Virus record (IMG/VR): IMGVR_UViG_3300022602_000027
Length of the DNA stretch: 64,000 nt
Reading direction: 5' to 3' (one strand)
From: a virus
Taxonomy: Duplodnaviria; Caudoviricetes
The notes under the pieces were generated by a model. The model made no database searches. It was not told the origin of the DNA and saw only the letters and a list, made by a program, of their open reading frames with translations. Position numbers and translations under genes: made by a program. Within the stretch, counting starts at the first letter, position 1. Each line of letters opens with the position of its first letter. Positions 18,449-28,200 of the stretch are shown here, in pieces.

Positions 18449-19070
18449 CACTCTTAATTTGAGTATATAAGTCGTCAATAGTTTCGTTATTATCTAAAGT
18501 ATAATCAAACTTAGTACCAACCCATGCTGTTTCGCTAGCATGAATTCCTACATTTTCTAATATACGTTTGCTAGTTGCCCAAGTTATATTCCCGTCTGGG
18601 CCTCTATTGGCACTTACTGCGGCATCATACCAGTCGGGTTCTGGACCACGAACAACACGTACTACAATACCGCCAGCGGCTTTAATTGATTTAATTTCAT
18701 TAGGAAAACGGCAGTCACTAATAACTATGTCATCTTTCGAGTTGCGTAGTTTATTCTCTAATGCGGCAATCCAAATATCGTCATGAAAAGCCTTGCGACA
18801 AACTTCAGTACCCCAGTATTGTAATACCCAACGCGGTGTTAAATTAGGCATGTTTAAGCGTTCTGCCCACCAAGGATCTACTTGTTCGCGCCACTCACGG
18901 GCTTGTTTTGTGCGTCCTTCTAGCATAGTGCGGTCCCATCCAAACACTTGTGCTACTGCATCTTTGAGTGAATTTGCAAACGATTCTCGTCGAAATCCGT
19001 GGAAGTTTGTCAAGTAATCAGCAATAGTATCTTTGCCAGAACCAATAAAACCGCATACGCCAATAATCAT
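18363..19070 (-). CDS. gp1: Deoxynucleoside monophosphate kinase (gp1-like)
   Basis: IIGVCGFIGSGKDT P-loop, SFANSLKD, RWVLQYWGTEVCR, ISDCRFPNE. Confidence 0.9.
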   Translation of the reverse strand: MIIGVCGFIGSGKDTIADYLTNFHGFRRESFANSLKDAVAQVFGWDRTMLEGRTKQAREWREQVDPWWAERLNMPNLTPRWVLQYWGTEVCRKAFHDDIWIAALENKLRNSKDDIVISDCRFPNEIKSIKAAGGIVVRVVRGPEPDWYDAAVSANRGPDGNITWATSKRILENVGIHASETAWVGTKFDYTLDNNETIDDLYTQIKSVINQALGRPASSELPLYEGLVDNLHTQS

Positions 19071-19076
19071 AAGAAT

Positions 19077-19123
19077 CCCCTGTAAGTAGTGCTAGTATAT
19101 AACACTTTTATTACAGGGGTCAA
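19077..19123 (-). promoter_or_regulatory. Sigma70-like promoter (TTGACC-N18-TATACT) inside an inverted repeat that covers the gp1 SD
   Basis: -35 at 19123-19118, -10 at 19099-19094; arms CCCCTGTAA / TTACAGGGG at 19077-19085 and 19111-19119. Confidence 0.6.
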
Positions 19124-19130
19124 ATTTTTA

Positions 19131-19919
19131 TTAGCCAGTTATGAAGTAATAACCAGTACCACCGGCTACTAATGTTTCCAATTCTTTATCTAATTTTTCC
19201 AATTCTTCTTTGGCTTCAGACAGCATAGCTGTACCGTTAAGTGTAATCGGACTGCCTGGTCCTGCAACTGATGCAAACTTGCTACGAGCTTGTCCTAACA
19301 TTTGTTTACATAATGCTAGTGTGTAAGTTTCTAGCCAGTGACGAGCTTGATAGTCTTGTAGTAATACCCAGTCTGGACGATAGTTATAGCATTGTACAAG
19401 TATCTGTTCACCTTGTGCAAAAGGACGTTGGAGGATATTTAAAATATGAGTAGTTGGCTTCCAAAGGAATTCAATATAACTACCAAACATACGTCCAACT
19501 AGTTTTTGATAGCCAGCAAAAGCATCATAAGTTGCTAGTCCGCCCATCATGCTACCTGACATCATATATGTATTGGTATATGCCAAGTTAAAGGGTTCAA
19601 ACAAAGTACCACCAGCACCAATACCGGTACGGCTACCAATAGCGCGGCGAAATACTTGACGTACTGTAATAACTTCATCAGGTAATCTGTATTCATTTTG
19701 ATCCTGTATAAGCTCTAAAAACATATAGCTTTCTTCTACAGCATTTGAACTGCGCTGACGGTATCTGCTAAGAGCACGATCTAAGCCCATTTCGTAATGT
19801 GCATCATCTAGTTCAACATCAACCATGCCGTCACCCAGCATTTTTCTACAGTAGTCAAATACTTTATTTCGCTCTACTACAGAAGTACTTTGTGTGCTTG
19901 ATGGTAAGGAATCGGCCAT
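19131..19919 (-). CDS. gp13: Neck protein gp13-like
   Basis: LGDGMVDVELD...H, LSRYRQ, YTLALCKQMLGQARSKF, ITLNG...L; divergent from gp14. Confidence 0.8.
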   Translation of the reverse strand: MADSLPSSTQSTSVVERNKVFDYCRKMLGDGMVDVELDDAHYEMGLDRALSRYRQRSSNAVEESYMFLELIQDQNEYRLPDEVITVRQVFRRAIGSRTGIGAGGTLFEPFNLAYTNTYMMSGSMMGGLATYDAFAGYQKLVGRMFGSYIEFLWKPTTHILNILQRPFAQGEQILVQCYNYRPDWVLLQDYQARHWLETYTLALCKQMLGQARSKFASVAGPGSPITLNGTAMLSEAKEELEKLDKELETLVAGGTGYYFITG

Positions 19920-19937
19920 TTTTTACTCTCCTAAGTA

Positions 19938-19957
19938 TATTTAGCTATCGATAAATA
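19938..19957. promoter_or_regulatory. Back-to-back divergent TAAATA late promoter boxes for gp13 and gp14
   Basis: TATTTA at 19938-19943 and TAAATA at 19952-19957. Confidence 0.65.
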
Positions 19958-19964
19958 TGTTACT

Positions 19965-21428
19965 ATGCCAAGATTAAGTCTATATAAACCGGAAAAAGGC
20001 AATGACTATAAGTTCATTGACCGCCAAGCTAGCGAAATGTTCACAGTAGGCGGTACAGACGTCTATTGGCACAAATATTTAGGTGCTAATACTAGTGCTG
20101 AAAATGCCACTGCGGACCAACCTAATTACCCAAGTGCAAAACTAACAAATATACAAGATTTGTTATTTTTAGAAAACCGCGATCGCACCTATGATACAGA
20201 GATTTATCGAGGACGTGGAATTTATAACGTTCAAAATATTGATTTTAACCTAAGTCAATTTGGTCTTTTTATTGACAATGACACGCTGTATATGAGTGTG
20301 CATATTAATGATATCATTAAAACATTAGGACGTAAACCAGTTACAGGAGATGTAATAGAGTTACCCCACTTACGAGATGATTTTGCTATTAATGATTTAA
20401 ACGTAGGATTACCGAGATATTATCAAGTAACAGACGTTGGTCGTGCTTCAGAAGGTTTTTCAGTTACTTGGTTCCCACACATCTACAGAATAAAATTAAA
20501 ACGTGTTGCTAACCAACAGCAATTTGCACAAATTTTTAGTGCGCCAGCAACTGACGTTAATGGCGATCCAGTAGTTGGAGCAAACACTACATTAGCTGAT
20601 TTGTTAAGCACTTACAATACTACATTAGGTATTACTAATCAAGTTGTAGCTCAGGCAGAAGCCGATGCTCCAATGAGCGGATATGAAACTAGACAATTTT
20701 ATACACTAGCAGTTGATCCTAATACGGGTAAACCAATTGTTAAAACAGCAGACGAATCAGATTTAGATGCTAGTCAAATAAGTTATCTTGCAAATGAAAA
20801 CGCCGGAGTACCAGTGCGTACTGGTTATACTGGATATTTAATTGGTGATGGCTATCCAGTTAATGGTTATGCATTTGGATTTGGAATTCAGTTTCCTGAA
20901 AATCCCGGGGTAGATGATTTCTTTTTACGTACAGACTTTTTGCCCAACAGATTGTTTCGATTTGATGAAAAGTCTAGTGCTTGGATTAAAGTAGAGGATG
21001 CTGTACGTATGGACATGACACAAACTGATTCACGTAGCACACTCAAAACTGGATTCATTAATAACAACAATTACACTTACAATGGACAAGTTGCTAGTGA
21101 TGTTGTAACATTAACATCTGGTTCTACTACTGTGTTTACTAGAATTTTATTTGCTACCGGAAGTGCAGTACCATATGTTGTTCTTAAACAAGGTATAACA
21201 ACAATGGCGTATGCATTAAGTGATTATCCAACTACATTGTATAGCACCTATACATACACAAGTCCGGCAAATACAACATCGGCTTGTTTAAAAATTACTT
21301 TACCTGTAATCAATGACGAACAACAAACCATACCAGTTGGCGGACAATGGACTGTAACACTATATAACACAAGAGAAGCAGAACGACAAAGCCTGTCAAC
21401 TGCTCTTAAACCTAAGGCGGACTTCTAA
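19965..21428 (+). CDS. gp14: Neck protein gp14-like with C-terminal extension
   Basis: DLLFLENRDR, LSQFGLFIDNDTL, GRKPVTGDVIELP; lies between gp13 and gp15. Confidence 0.65.
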   Translation: MPRLSLYKPEKGNDYKFIDRQASEMFTVGGTDVYWHKYLGANTSAENATADQPNYPSAKLTNIQDLLFLENRDRTYDTEIYRGRGIYNVQNIDFNLSQFGLFIDNDTLYMSVHINDIIKTLGRKPVTGDVIELPHLRDDFAINDLNVGLPRYYQVTDVGRASEGFSVTWFPHIYRIKLKRVANQQQFAQIFSAPATDVNGDPVVGANTTLADLLSTYNTTLGITNQVVAQAEADAPMSGYETRQFYTLAVDPNTGKPIVKTADESDLDASQISYLANENAGVPVRTGYTGYLIGDGYPVNGYAFGFGIQFPENPGVDDFFLRTDFLPNRLFRFDEKSSAWIKVEDAVRMDMTQTDSRSTLKTGFINNNNYTYNGQVASDVVTLTSGSTTVFTRILFATGSAVPYVVLKQGITTMAYALSDYPTTLYSTYTYTSPANTTSACLKITLPVINDEQQTIPVGGQWTVTLYNTREAERQSLSTALKPKADF

Positions 21429-22894
21429 TGCAATGGTTTTATGACGGACAAGTAAGACGATATCTTACACAAACAATTCGTGTTTTCAGTAACTTTGTAG
21501 TCAAGTACGGTGACGGTACATTGCATCCAATTCCTGTAATTTACGGTGATCAAGATCGTCAAGTTGCTAGTATATTAAATCAGAATTCAGAAAATTCTAT
21601 TGCAACTGTGCCTAAGATTGCTATCTATATAACTGGTTTAGAATTAGATCGTAATCGATTATCAGATCAAACTTATGTAGGTAAACTTAATTTTCGAGAA
21701 AGAGACGTTAATAGCGTTACTGGAAAATATACTACTAACCAAGGACGAAACTATACCGTAGAACGTCTAATGCCAACTCCATATAATTTAAAAATGAAGT
21801 GCGATATATGGGCATCAAGCACGGATCAAAAGTTACAAATACTTGAACAAATTCTAGTATTGTTTAATCCAAGTTTAGAACTACAAACTACAGACAACTA
21901 CATTGACTGGACTAGTTTAAGTGTATTAAATTTAGTTGATGTAACATGGAGTAGTCGTCAAGTTCCACAAGGAACGGACTCTGCAATTGACGTAGCATCA
22001 TTAACATTAGAAGCACCTGCATGGATCAGTCCGCCAGTTAAGGTTAAACATCTTGGAGTTATTACTAAAGTTATTACTAGTTTATACGGCTCAGAAGGCA
22101 CATATCCTAACGGGTACATTGACGGATTAGGCATTGACCCTGCACTACAGGGTAACAGCAATAGCACTAATTTTAGCGACTTGTTGGCTACAGAAGTAAC
22201 TACGATTACTGGTTATACTATTCAAGTATATAATGGGCAAGCTAGATTGTATGACAGTACTGATGGTTTTGTGCCATACGAACCTAGTTTAGATATTCCA
22301 GCATCTACAGGAACACCTGTAGATTGGATGAGTTTATTTGCACAATATCCAGGGCAATATGTTGCAGGGTCTAGTCAAATATACCTACAACAAACCACAG
22401 GAACTTATGTTATAGGAACTATTGCTGTTAACAGTCTAGATTCAACTATATTACAAGTTAATTACAATCCAGATACTTACCCTAGCAATACAGGCATTGA
22501 CAGTAACGGATTGTTATCAACTGATCCTGGTTATAATGCCGCAGGCAGTTATCGTGCCAACAGCCCAGGAACATTTGATGCTATTATAAATCCACAAACA
22601 TTTGTTCCTAATGCTCCTACAGCAGGAACTCGCTATCTTATCATAGAAGATATAGGAAATAGTATCAACGCAAATCCAGCAACAGCATGGGGCAGTTTAG
22701 TTGCAGTTACCAATGATATTATTGAATACACAGGTTCTGCATGGCAAGTTATTTTTAATGCCGTTCAAGAATCAGACACTATGATATGGCAGACGAATAT
22801 ATACACTGGAGTTCAATACTTATGGAACGGAGTTTCATGGGTTAAGAGCTTTGAGGGTGAATATAAGTCTGCACAATGGAAAATCATACTATAA
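21428..22894 (+). CDS. gp15: Tail terminator / sheath stabiliser gp15-like with C-terminal extension
   Basis: FYDGQVRRY, IPVIYG, MPTPYNL, QILEQILVLFNPSL. Confidence 0.8.
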   Translation: MQWFYDGQVRRYLTQTIRVFSNFVVKYGDGTLHPIPVIYGDQDRQVASILNQNSENSIATVPKIAIYITGLELDRNRLSDQTYVGKLNFRERDVNSVTGKYTTNQGRNYTVERLMPTPYNLKMKCDIWASSTDQKLQILEQILVLFNPSLELQTTDNYIDWTSLSVLNLVDVTWSSRQVPQGTDSAIDVASLTLEAPAWISPPVKVKHLGVITKVITSLYGSEGTYPNGYIDGLGIDPALQGNSNSTNFSDLLATEVTTITGYTIQVYNGQARLYDSTDGFVPYEPSLDIPASTGTPVDWMSLFAQYPGQYVAGSSQIYLQQTTGTYVIGTIAVNSLDSTILQVNYNPDTYPSNTGIDSNGLLSTDPGYNAAGSYRANSPGTFDAIINPQTFVPNAPTAGTRYLIIEDIGNSINANPATAWGSLVAVTNDIIEYTGSAWQVIFNAVQESDTMIWQTNIYTGVQYLWNGVSWVKSFEGEYKSAQWKIIL

Positions 22895-23325
22895 AAGAAT
22901 CAATAGTTTGTAGCGGAGCATTGTTTTACGCTAAATCTACACGACGATTCCTTTTACTGCAAAAAGCCCACGGTAAACACGAGGGCACTTGGGGGCTAGT
23001 GGGTGGTACTAACATTGTTGGAGAAACTCCATGGCAGGGGTTACAGCGTGAAATTACTGAAGAAATTGGTGTACACCCAAAAATAATTAAAACAATCCCC
23101 TTAGAAACATTTGTTTCAAACGATAGAGTTTTTAACTTTCACACATACTTGTGTGTAGTCGAAGACGAATTTGTGCCAACTTTAAGCGATGAGCACCAAG
23201 GGTGGGCGTGGGCTATTATAGATCGTGCACCTAAACCCCTGCATCAAGGATTGCGTAATAGTTTTTCAAGCAAAACTATTCGTACAAAATTACAAACAGT
23301 ATTTGATTTAGTGGAGCTAATCTAA
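22876..23325 (+). CDS. Nudix hydrolase
   Basis: Exact Nudix box G-TNIVG-E-TPWQGLQ-REITEEIGV (GX5EX7REUXEEXGU). Confidence 0.92.
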   Translation: MENHTIKESIVCSGALFYAKSTRRFLLLQKAHGKHEGTWGLVGGTNIVGETPWQGLQREITEEIGVHPKIIKTIPLETFVSNDRVFNFHTYLCVVEDEFVPTLSDEHQGWAWAIIDRAPKPLHQGLRNSFSSKTIRTKLQTVFDLVELI

Positions 23326-23945
23326 TGGATTCAAGAATTGATAACATATACGTTACCCCAATATATGTTGCTACTATTACAGAGCAAGAGGGATTCAATT
23401 TAATACAGCAAGAAGCTAAAAAAGCAATTGAAGCTTCTAAATTTTCAAGCAGAGAAGAATGGGGTCCAACTCATTATCTTTCTTCTACTACTTTTATTAA
23501 TGATGTTATTAAAGAACAAAACATGCAGATATTTTCTGCGGTAATGCATTCTCATTTAAAAGAGTATATGGATATTGTTGGGTTTGCCATGAGACCTTAT
23601 ATGGTAACTAGCTGGTTTAGTCTATTCCAACAACATCAATATGGGCAAATTCATACTCACGGAAACGCTGATGTTAGCGGTTGTTACTATGTAGAAACTT
23701 CAGGTGACGATGGAGATTTCTTTTTTGAAGACCCAAGACCGTCTAATGAAACTAGTTATGTGTTCAGCGGAAGATACATGTCTGGTCGTCGAGGATATAA
23801 ACCAAAGGTAGGACAAATGTTAATGTTTCCCGGTTACTTACCTCACGGTATTAAAACAAATACTAAAACTACAGATAGAGTTAGTTTAAGTTTTAATATT
23901 AAATTTATAGATCCACGATGTGAATTAAAGCAGAACAATGGTTAA
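23325..23945 (+). CDS. 2OG-Fe(II) oxygenase (HxH...H type)
   Basis: IHTHGNADVSGCYYV, FEDPR, MFPGYLPHGI, RVSLSFN. Confidence 0.85.
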   Translation: MDSRIDNIYVTPIYVATITEQEGFNLIQQEAKKAIEASKFSSREEWGPTHYLSSTTFINDVIKEQNMQIFSAVMHSHLKEYMDIVGFAMRPYMVTSWFSLFQQHQYGQIHTHGNADVSGCYYVETSGDDGDFFFEDPRPSNETSYVFSGRYMSGRRGYKPKVGQMLMFPGYLPHGIKTNTKTTDRVSLSFNIKFIDPRCELKQNNG

Positions 23946-24591
23946 AAAAATAGGAATTTTTGGAGATAGTTTTTCAGACCCAACGTGGAATGATAATAGT
24001 TACCAATCATGGCCTGAAATGTTAGCCGACCAATATCAAGTTACTAATTATTCTAAAAATGGATCTAGTCTTTGGTATTCTTATCAAAAATTAAAAAAAC
24101 ATATTTCAGAATTTGATGCTTGCGTTTTTGTTGCTACAATATGGGGAAGATTTTATCTAGAAGGATTAGATAAGCATTTAAATATTAATACAAATACATG
24201 GCCAACACAGCACGGTGTTAATTTAGGACAAACTTATTATGAATACTTTTTTTCGTTTGAGAGAGAACAAGTATTTCATAACTTCATGATTAACGACATA
24301 TTAAATTTAAAAAATGTTATTTTTATTCCAGCATTTCAAGAATGTGTAATTGATAACAAAGGTATTTCTCTTAATCATTATGCTAATGCTGAACTTCATC
24401 ACTATGGAGTATTAAATTATCAAGGTCCAGATGACAGAAAATGTCATCTTACTATTGAAAACAACAAGACAATTTATAAAAAAGTCTTAAATGCTATTGA
24501 ATCTAATTTAAATAGCATAGAGTTTTCAATGGACGAATTTATTCCGCCGTCTGAGCCGTTTAATTTTTATCTAAATCGAAACATAAAATGA
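23938..24591 (+). CDS. SGNH/GDSL hydrolase-like protein
   Basis: IFGDSFS block I, NYSKNGSS block II, late DDRKCHL His motif. Confidence 0.55.
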   Translation: MVKKIGIFGDSFSDPTWNDNSYQSWPEMLADQYQVTNYSKNGSSLWYSYQKLKKHISEFDACVFVATIWGRFYLEGLDKHLNINTNTWPTQHGVNLGQTYYEYFFSFEREQVFHNFMINDILNLKNVIFIPAFQECVIDNKGISLNHYANAELHHYGVLNYQGPDDRKCHLTIENNKTIYKKVLNAIESNLNSIEFSMDEFIPPSEPFNFYLNRNIK

Positions 24592-25199
24592 CTATAAAAA
24601 TTATAGAAAATTTAATACCATTAACTTGGCAACAAGATTTATTTGCATCTGCCAAAGAATGTTTCTATATCTATAAAGAAAATACATCTTATAAAGTTGA
24701 TGAGGCTACTTTTATTCAAGGAATGGATATTTTTATCGATGAAAATACCGTTGATACTTTACAGTTTGTTCATTATATAAACTGGGGAGCTCGTGATCAC
24801 AATCACATGTACCCTTTTATGAAACCATTAATTCATATGTTAGGGCAACAGCTAGGAAAAAAAATTAATAGAGTTCATAGAATGAAGATTAATCATACAT
24901 GTCCCCAACCAAATTTTACTGAAAATAATTATAATATTCCACATACAGACGATCCAGACCCTAAAAAATTTACAGCTATCTACTATATTAATGACAGTGA
25001 CGGTGATACATTTATTTTTAATGAAATGTATAATACAGAATGGCAAACAAAACCGATTGAAAAATTAACTATAGCAAGACGAGTTACTCCTAGAGCAGGA
25101 ACTGCTGTAGTATTTCCGGCAACACAACTACATGCTAGTTCAAATCCAATTAATACTAAAAGTAGATGGGTCCTAAACATTCTATTTGAGATTGAATAA
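24588..25199 (+). CDS. 2OG-Fe(II) oxygenase (HxD...H)
   Basis: PHTD, AIYYINDSDGDT, AVVFPATQLHAS, RWVLNI. Confidence 0.85.
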   Translation: MTIKIIENLIPLTWQQDLFASAKECFYIYKENTSYKVDEATFIQGMDIFIDENTVDTLQFVHYINWGARDHNHMYPFMKPLIHMLGQQLGKKINRVHRMKINHTCPQPNFTENNYNIPHTDDPDPKKFTAIYYINDSDGDTFIFNEMYNTEWQTKPIEKLTIARRVTPRAGTAVVFPATQLHASSNPINTKSRWVLNILFEIE

Positions 25200-25801
25200 T
25201 GAATATTGATCGATGGTTTCCTACTGTTATTAGTTGTTCTGATGATAATTTGACAGATAAGTTAGATATCTATCGTTCTTACTGCGAGGAAATAACTAAC
25301 GGTATTCCTCTTAGTAGACCATTTACTGGATCTCAACTAGTAAGTACGTTTAATCAACCAATGCCACAGTATGATCGTCCTATAGAAAAAGATTTAAGAT
25401 TTAACGAGTTATTTGATCTTATACTTGAAAAAGGATCAATGTTTGCAGAATTTTTAGGTTACAAATATAACTTAGAAATATCTCATGCTTGGGTTAATAA
25501 AATACAAGCCAACGATTACCACGAATTACATAACCATGCCCTAGGAGGTAATGCATTAATATCAGGAGTGTTCTATGTATCTGCGCCCTCAAGTGCATTT
25601 CTTAGATTTAGAGACAATATTGAAACATATAGTCCAGTTCCTCCTACAGCGCATACTCCTTACAATAACAAACATGCCACATATCAGTGCTTACCTGGAA
25701 GATTAATTCTTTTTAAATCTGATGTATTACATGGATACGATTCGCATCTTTCAGATGATGTAAAATATAGTATTGCTTTTGACTTATCGGTGAAATTATG
25801 A
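25199..25801 (+). CDS. 2OG-Fe(II) oxygenase (HxH...H type)
   Basis: HELHNH, ISGVFYV, PGRLILFKSDVLHG, KYSIAFD (Lys in place of the usual 2OG-binding Arg). Confidence 0.8.
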   Translation: MNIDRWFPTVISCSDDNLTDKLDIYRSYCEEITNGIPLSRPFTGSQLVSTFNQPMPQYDRPIEKDLRFNELFDLILEKGSMFAEFLGYKYNLEISHAWVNKIQANDYHELHNHALGGNALISGVFYVSAPSSAFLRFRDNIETYSPVPPTAHTPYNNKHATYQCLPGRLILFKSDVLHGYDSHLSDDVKYSIAFDLSVKL

Positions 25802-26424
25802 TTAACAAAGACTTCGCGTTTATTAAACCATTTGGGCCTGTTATATACAGTAATCTTCTTAATCCAGACGTAGTTAACGTATTGAATGAATGCAAAACGG
25901 TATCAGAATATATTGGTGATGATATTGGTTATATGCTTGCTGGAGCGATTAATTCTCAACTGAGATTAGTTAGAACCGCAGAACAAGAACAAATAATATA
26001 CGATCATATTTTTGAACATTTTGCTGCCTATATGGATAGAGATCCCGAATCACTTAAAAAAGAATATAAAATACCCAACAACGGTATCTGGTTAAATGTG
26101 CAACGAGCAGGCGAATTTAACCCGCCTCATCACCACGATGGACATTTTTCAGGGGTAATTTATCTAGAAGTGCCTCCTGAACTTGCAGAAGAAAATAAAA
26201 AGAAACCTGTAGGATTCCACTTACACGGCGAAATAAGTTTTTATTATGGCGACGATATTGGATGTCAAACGTATTTTCATATGATGCCAAGAGTTGCGCA
26301 GATGGTTATATTTCCAGCAAAGCTACAGCACGGAGTTCACCCTTTTTATAGTGATGTAAGACGAGTTTCAGTTGCATTTAACCTTTATAAACTTGCCGAA
26401 CCAATGCTGTTAGTTGATTCATAA
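25798..26424 (+). CDS. 2OG-Fe(II) oxygenase
   Basis: NPPHHHDGHFSGVIYL, MVIFPAKLQHGVHPF, RRVSVAFN. Confidence 0.85.
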   Translation: MINKDFAFIKPFGPVIYSNLLNPDVVNVLNECKTVSEYIGDDIGYMLAGAINSQLRLVRTAEQEQIIYDHIFEHFAAYMDRDPESLKKEYKIPNNGIWLNVQRAGEFNPPHHHDGHFSGVIYLEVPPELAEENKKKPVGFHLHGEISFYYGDDIGCQTYFHMMPRVAQMVIFPAKLQHGVHPFYSDVRRVSVAFNLYKLAEPMLLVDS

Positions 26425-26450
26425 CTATCTCCAACGGTAAAAAATACTAC

Positions 26451-26456
26451 TAAATA
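26451..26456 (+). promoter_or_regulatory. Late promoter box TAAATA inside the oxygenase cassette
   Basis: CTAAATA in the 57-bp gap before 26482, followed by an AAGGA SD. Confidence 0.55.
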
Positions 26457-26481
26457 CCCTACAATTAAGGAATGAATTACT

Positions 26482-27270
26482 ATGGATTCAAATTTACCAA
26501 TCGAACACTCACAAGAAACTCCAGTTGCGGTTAAACCAAAACGCCCTTTAGAAATTATCTATTTGGAAAATGTTGCCCGCTCAGACACATTTGCTAATGT
26601 ACTAGGGGATACTGATAAACCAGGTTGGGAATTTGGAAGAATGACTGACGAAACCGAAGATAAAGATACTGCTATTATGTTCTGGCAACAAAATATGCAA
26701 CGTAGTAGTTGGTGTTCTGAAGTTTTATGGTATGAATTATTAGCTAAATTAGAAGAAACTCATCCAGCTACAAAAAATTATCAATTTAAAGTAAAAGATG
26801 TTACCTGCGGCGGAAAAACTTTTGGCCAAGATGGCGGTATTCATACTGATTACGACTTTCAATTTACAGAAGAGGGTGACGGTTGGATGACTGTTTGTTT
26901 CTTTCCTAATAAAGAGTGGAATCCAGAATGGGGCGGAGAGTTTCAATTTTTTAATGACGCAGGGGATGTAATTGCAAGTTATTATCCAAAACCTAATACT
27001 GCGCTTGTATTTGATTCTAATATTCCGCATAGAGGTTTAGCTCCAACTCGTAATTGTAACAGATTGCGCAAATGCTTAACTTTTAAAACTTTTGTACATA
27101 AACAATGGTTTTTAGAATCCAATCCAGATGTAAAAATGATTGACGGTAGTGTTGTTCCCGGGCTAGTTAGTACACCAACAAGAACAGACATGGGTAATAC
27201 TAATTCTCCTGAACCAGCGGCAATTTTTACAGATCCAACGGCACCAGCTAAGAAAAATATTGTAGGTTAA
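26482..27270 (+). CDS. Prolyl-4-hydroxylase-like 2OG-Fe(II) oxygenase
   Basis: IHTD, WNPEWGGEFQFF, PKPNTALVFDSNIPHRG, RKCLTFK. Confidence 0.85.
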   Translation: MDSNLPIEHSQETPVAVKPKRPLEIIYLENVARSDTFANVLGDTDKPGWEFGRMTDETEDKDTAIMFWQQNMQRSSWCSEVLWYELLAKLEETHPATKNYQFKVKDVTCGGKTFGQDGGIHTDYDFQFTEEGDGWMTVCFFPNKEWNPEWGGEFQFFNDAGDVIASYYPKPNTALVFDSNIPHRGLAPTRNCNRLRKCLTFKTFVHKQWFLESNPDVKMIDGSVVPGLVSTPTRTDMGNTNSPEPAAIFTDPTAPAKKNIVG

Positions 27271-27272
27271 TT

Positions 27273-27482
27273 ATGGATCCAGGAATAAGAAGAACACATT
27301 TTCCAGATAGATTACTATTTGTTCCTATTAAGATTAGAGACGAACGTCTTGCAATTTGTAACAAATGTCCTAATAATAAAAATTTAGAATGCGTAGTAAA
27401 TGGAAAACCTGTATACTCTATGGTCACTAAAAAGAATTTAATGTGTCCCTTAGGATTTTGGTCTACACATTATGGCAGTTAA
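27273..27482 (+). CDS. Small Cys-rich protein (69 aa)
   Basis: ERLAICNKC...C...CPLGFW, four Cys; fills the gap exactly with coupled junctions. Confidence 0.65.
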   Translation: MDPGIRRTHFPDRLLFVPIKIRDERLAICNKCPNNKNLECVVNGKPVYSMVTKKNLMCPLGFWSTHYGS

Positions 27483-28200
27483 AATTGGTTGGTGTCCATG
27501 GCCTGAAAAAACACATTTAACTAATGACGGCCCTACTACTTATTACGGTCATGCCGAAATATTAGCTATACCTCCTCAGAAATTAGATACTTGGGATAAC
27601 AGTCATTCAGGGTTTACTAAATGCCCTGCTTTTAGTACATACGTTTCTAACACCTACATGATTTTTTCTAACATTGATGTTGAATTAACTTGGGATGCTA
27701 CTAACAAAGTATTAAACAGTAATTTACCCCAACATGCATATAATACTCATATTAATTTGCATTATCAAGATTTTGTACCAGATGTAGATCCTCCAATTGT
27801 TGCTTTAATGTCTAGTATGTTGTTTGTGGCCGACCAGCCAGTTGTAATGGAAATGACACCTCCTTACAATCATATCGACCCAGCATGGCGTATGATGCCC
27901 GGGTCTTTTAATATCTATAATTGGTTTAGACCAATTATACCTACTTTTGAAATGTTACATACAAAAGTATCTATTAAGCGTGGACAACCATTAATGTATG
28001 TTCGTTTTAAAACTGAAAATTTTAAAGATAATATTGTATTAGAACGTATAGAACGTACAGATGAACTAGAACATTTAGTTAATAGTTGTTTGTCAGTTAA
28101 AACATATCAACCATCCTTAAGTTGGCGTATTGCTAACTCTTTAAATCCCATTAGACCTAGGAAACTTTTAAAATCATGCCCACTAAAGAAATGGCTTTAG
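27472..28200 (+). CDS. Hypothetical protein (242 aa), aromatic/Pro-rich, predicted beta-rich
   Basis: KCPAF, MPGSFNIYNWFRP, IKRGQPLMYVRF; overlaps both neighbours. Confidence 0.65.
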   Translation: MAVKIGWCPWPEKTHLTNDGPTTYYGHAEILAIPPQKLDTWDNSHSGFTKCPAFSTYVSNTYMIFSNIDVELTWDATNKVLNSNLPQHAYNTHINLHYQDFVPDVDPPIVALMSSMLFVADQPVVMEMTPPYNHIDPAWRMMPGSFNIYNWFRPIIPTFEMLHTKVSIKRGQPLMYVRFKTENFKDNIVLERIERTDELEHLVNSCLSVKTYQPSLSWRIANSLNPIRPRKLLKSCPLKKWL

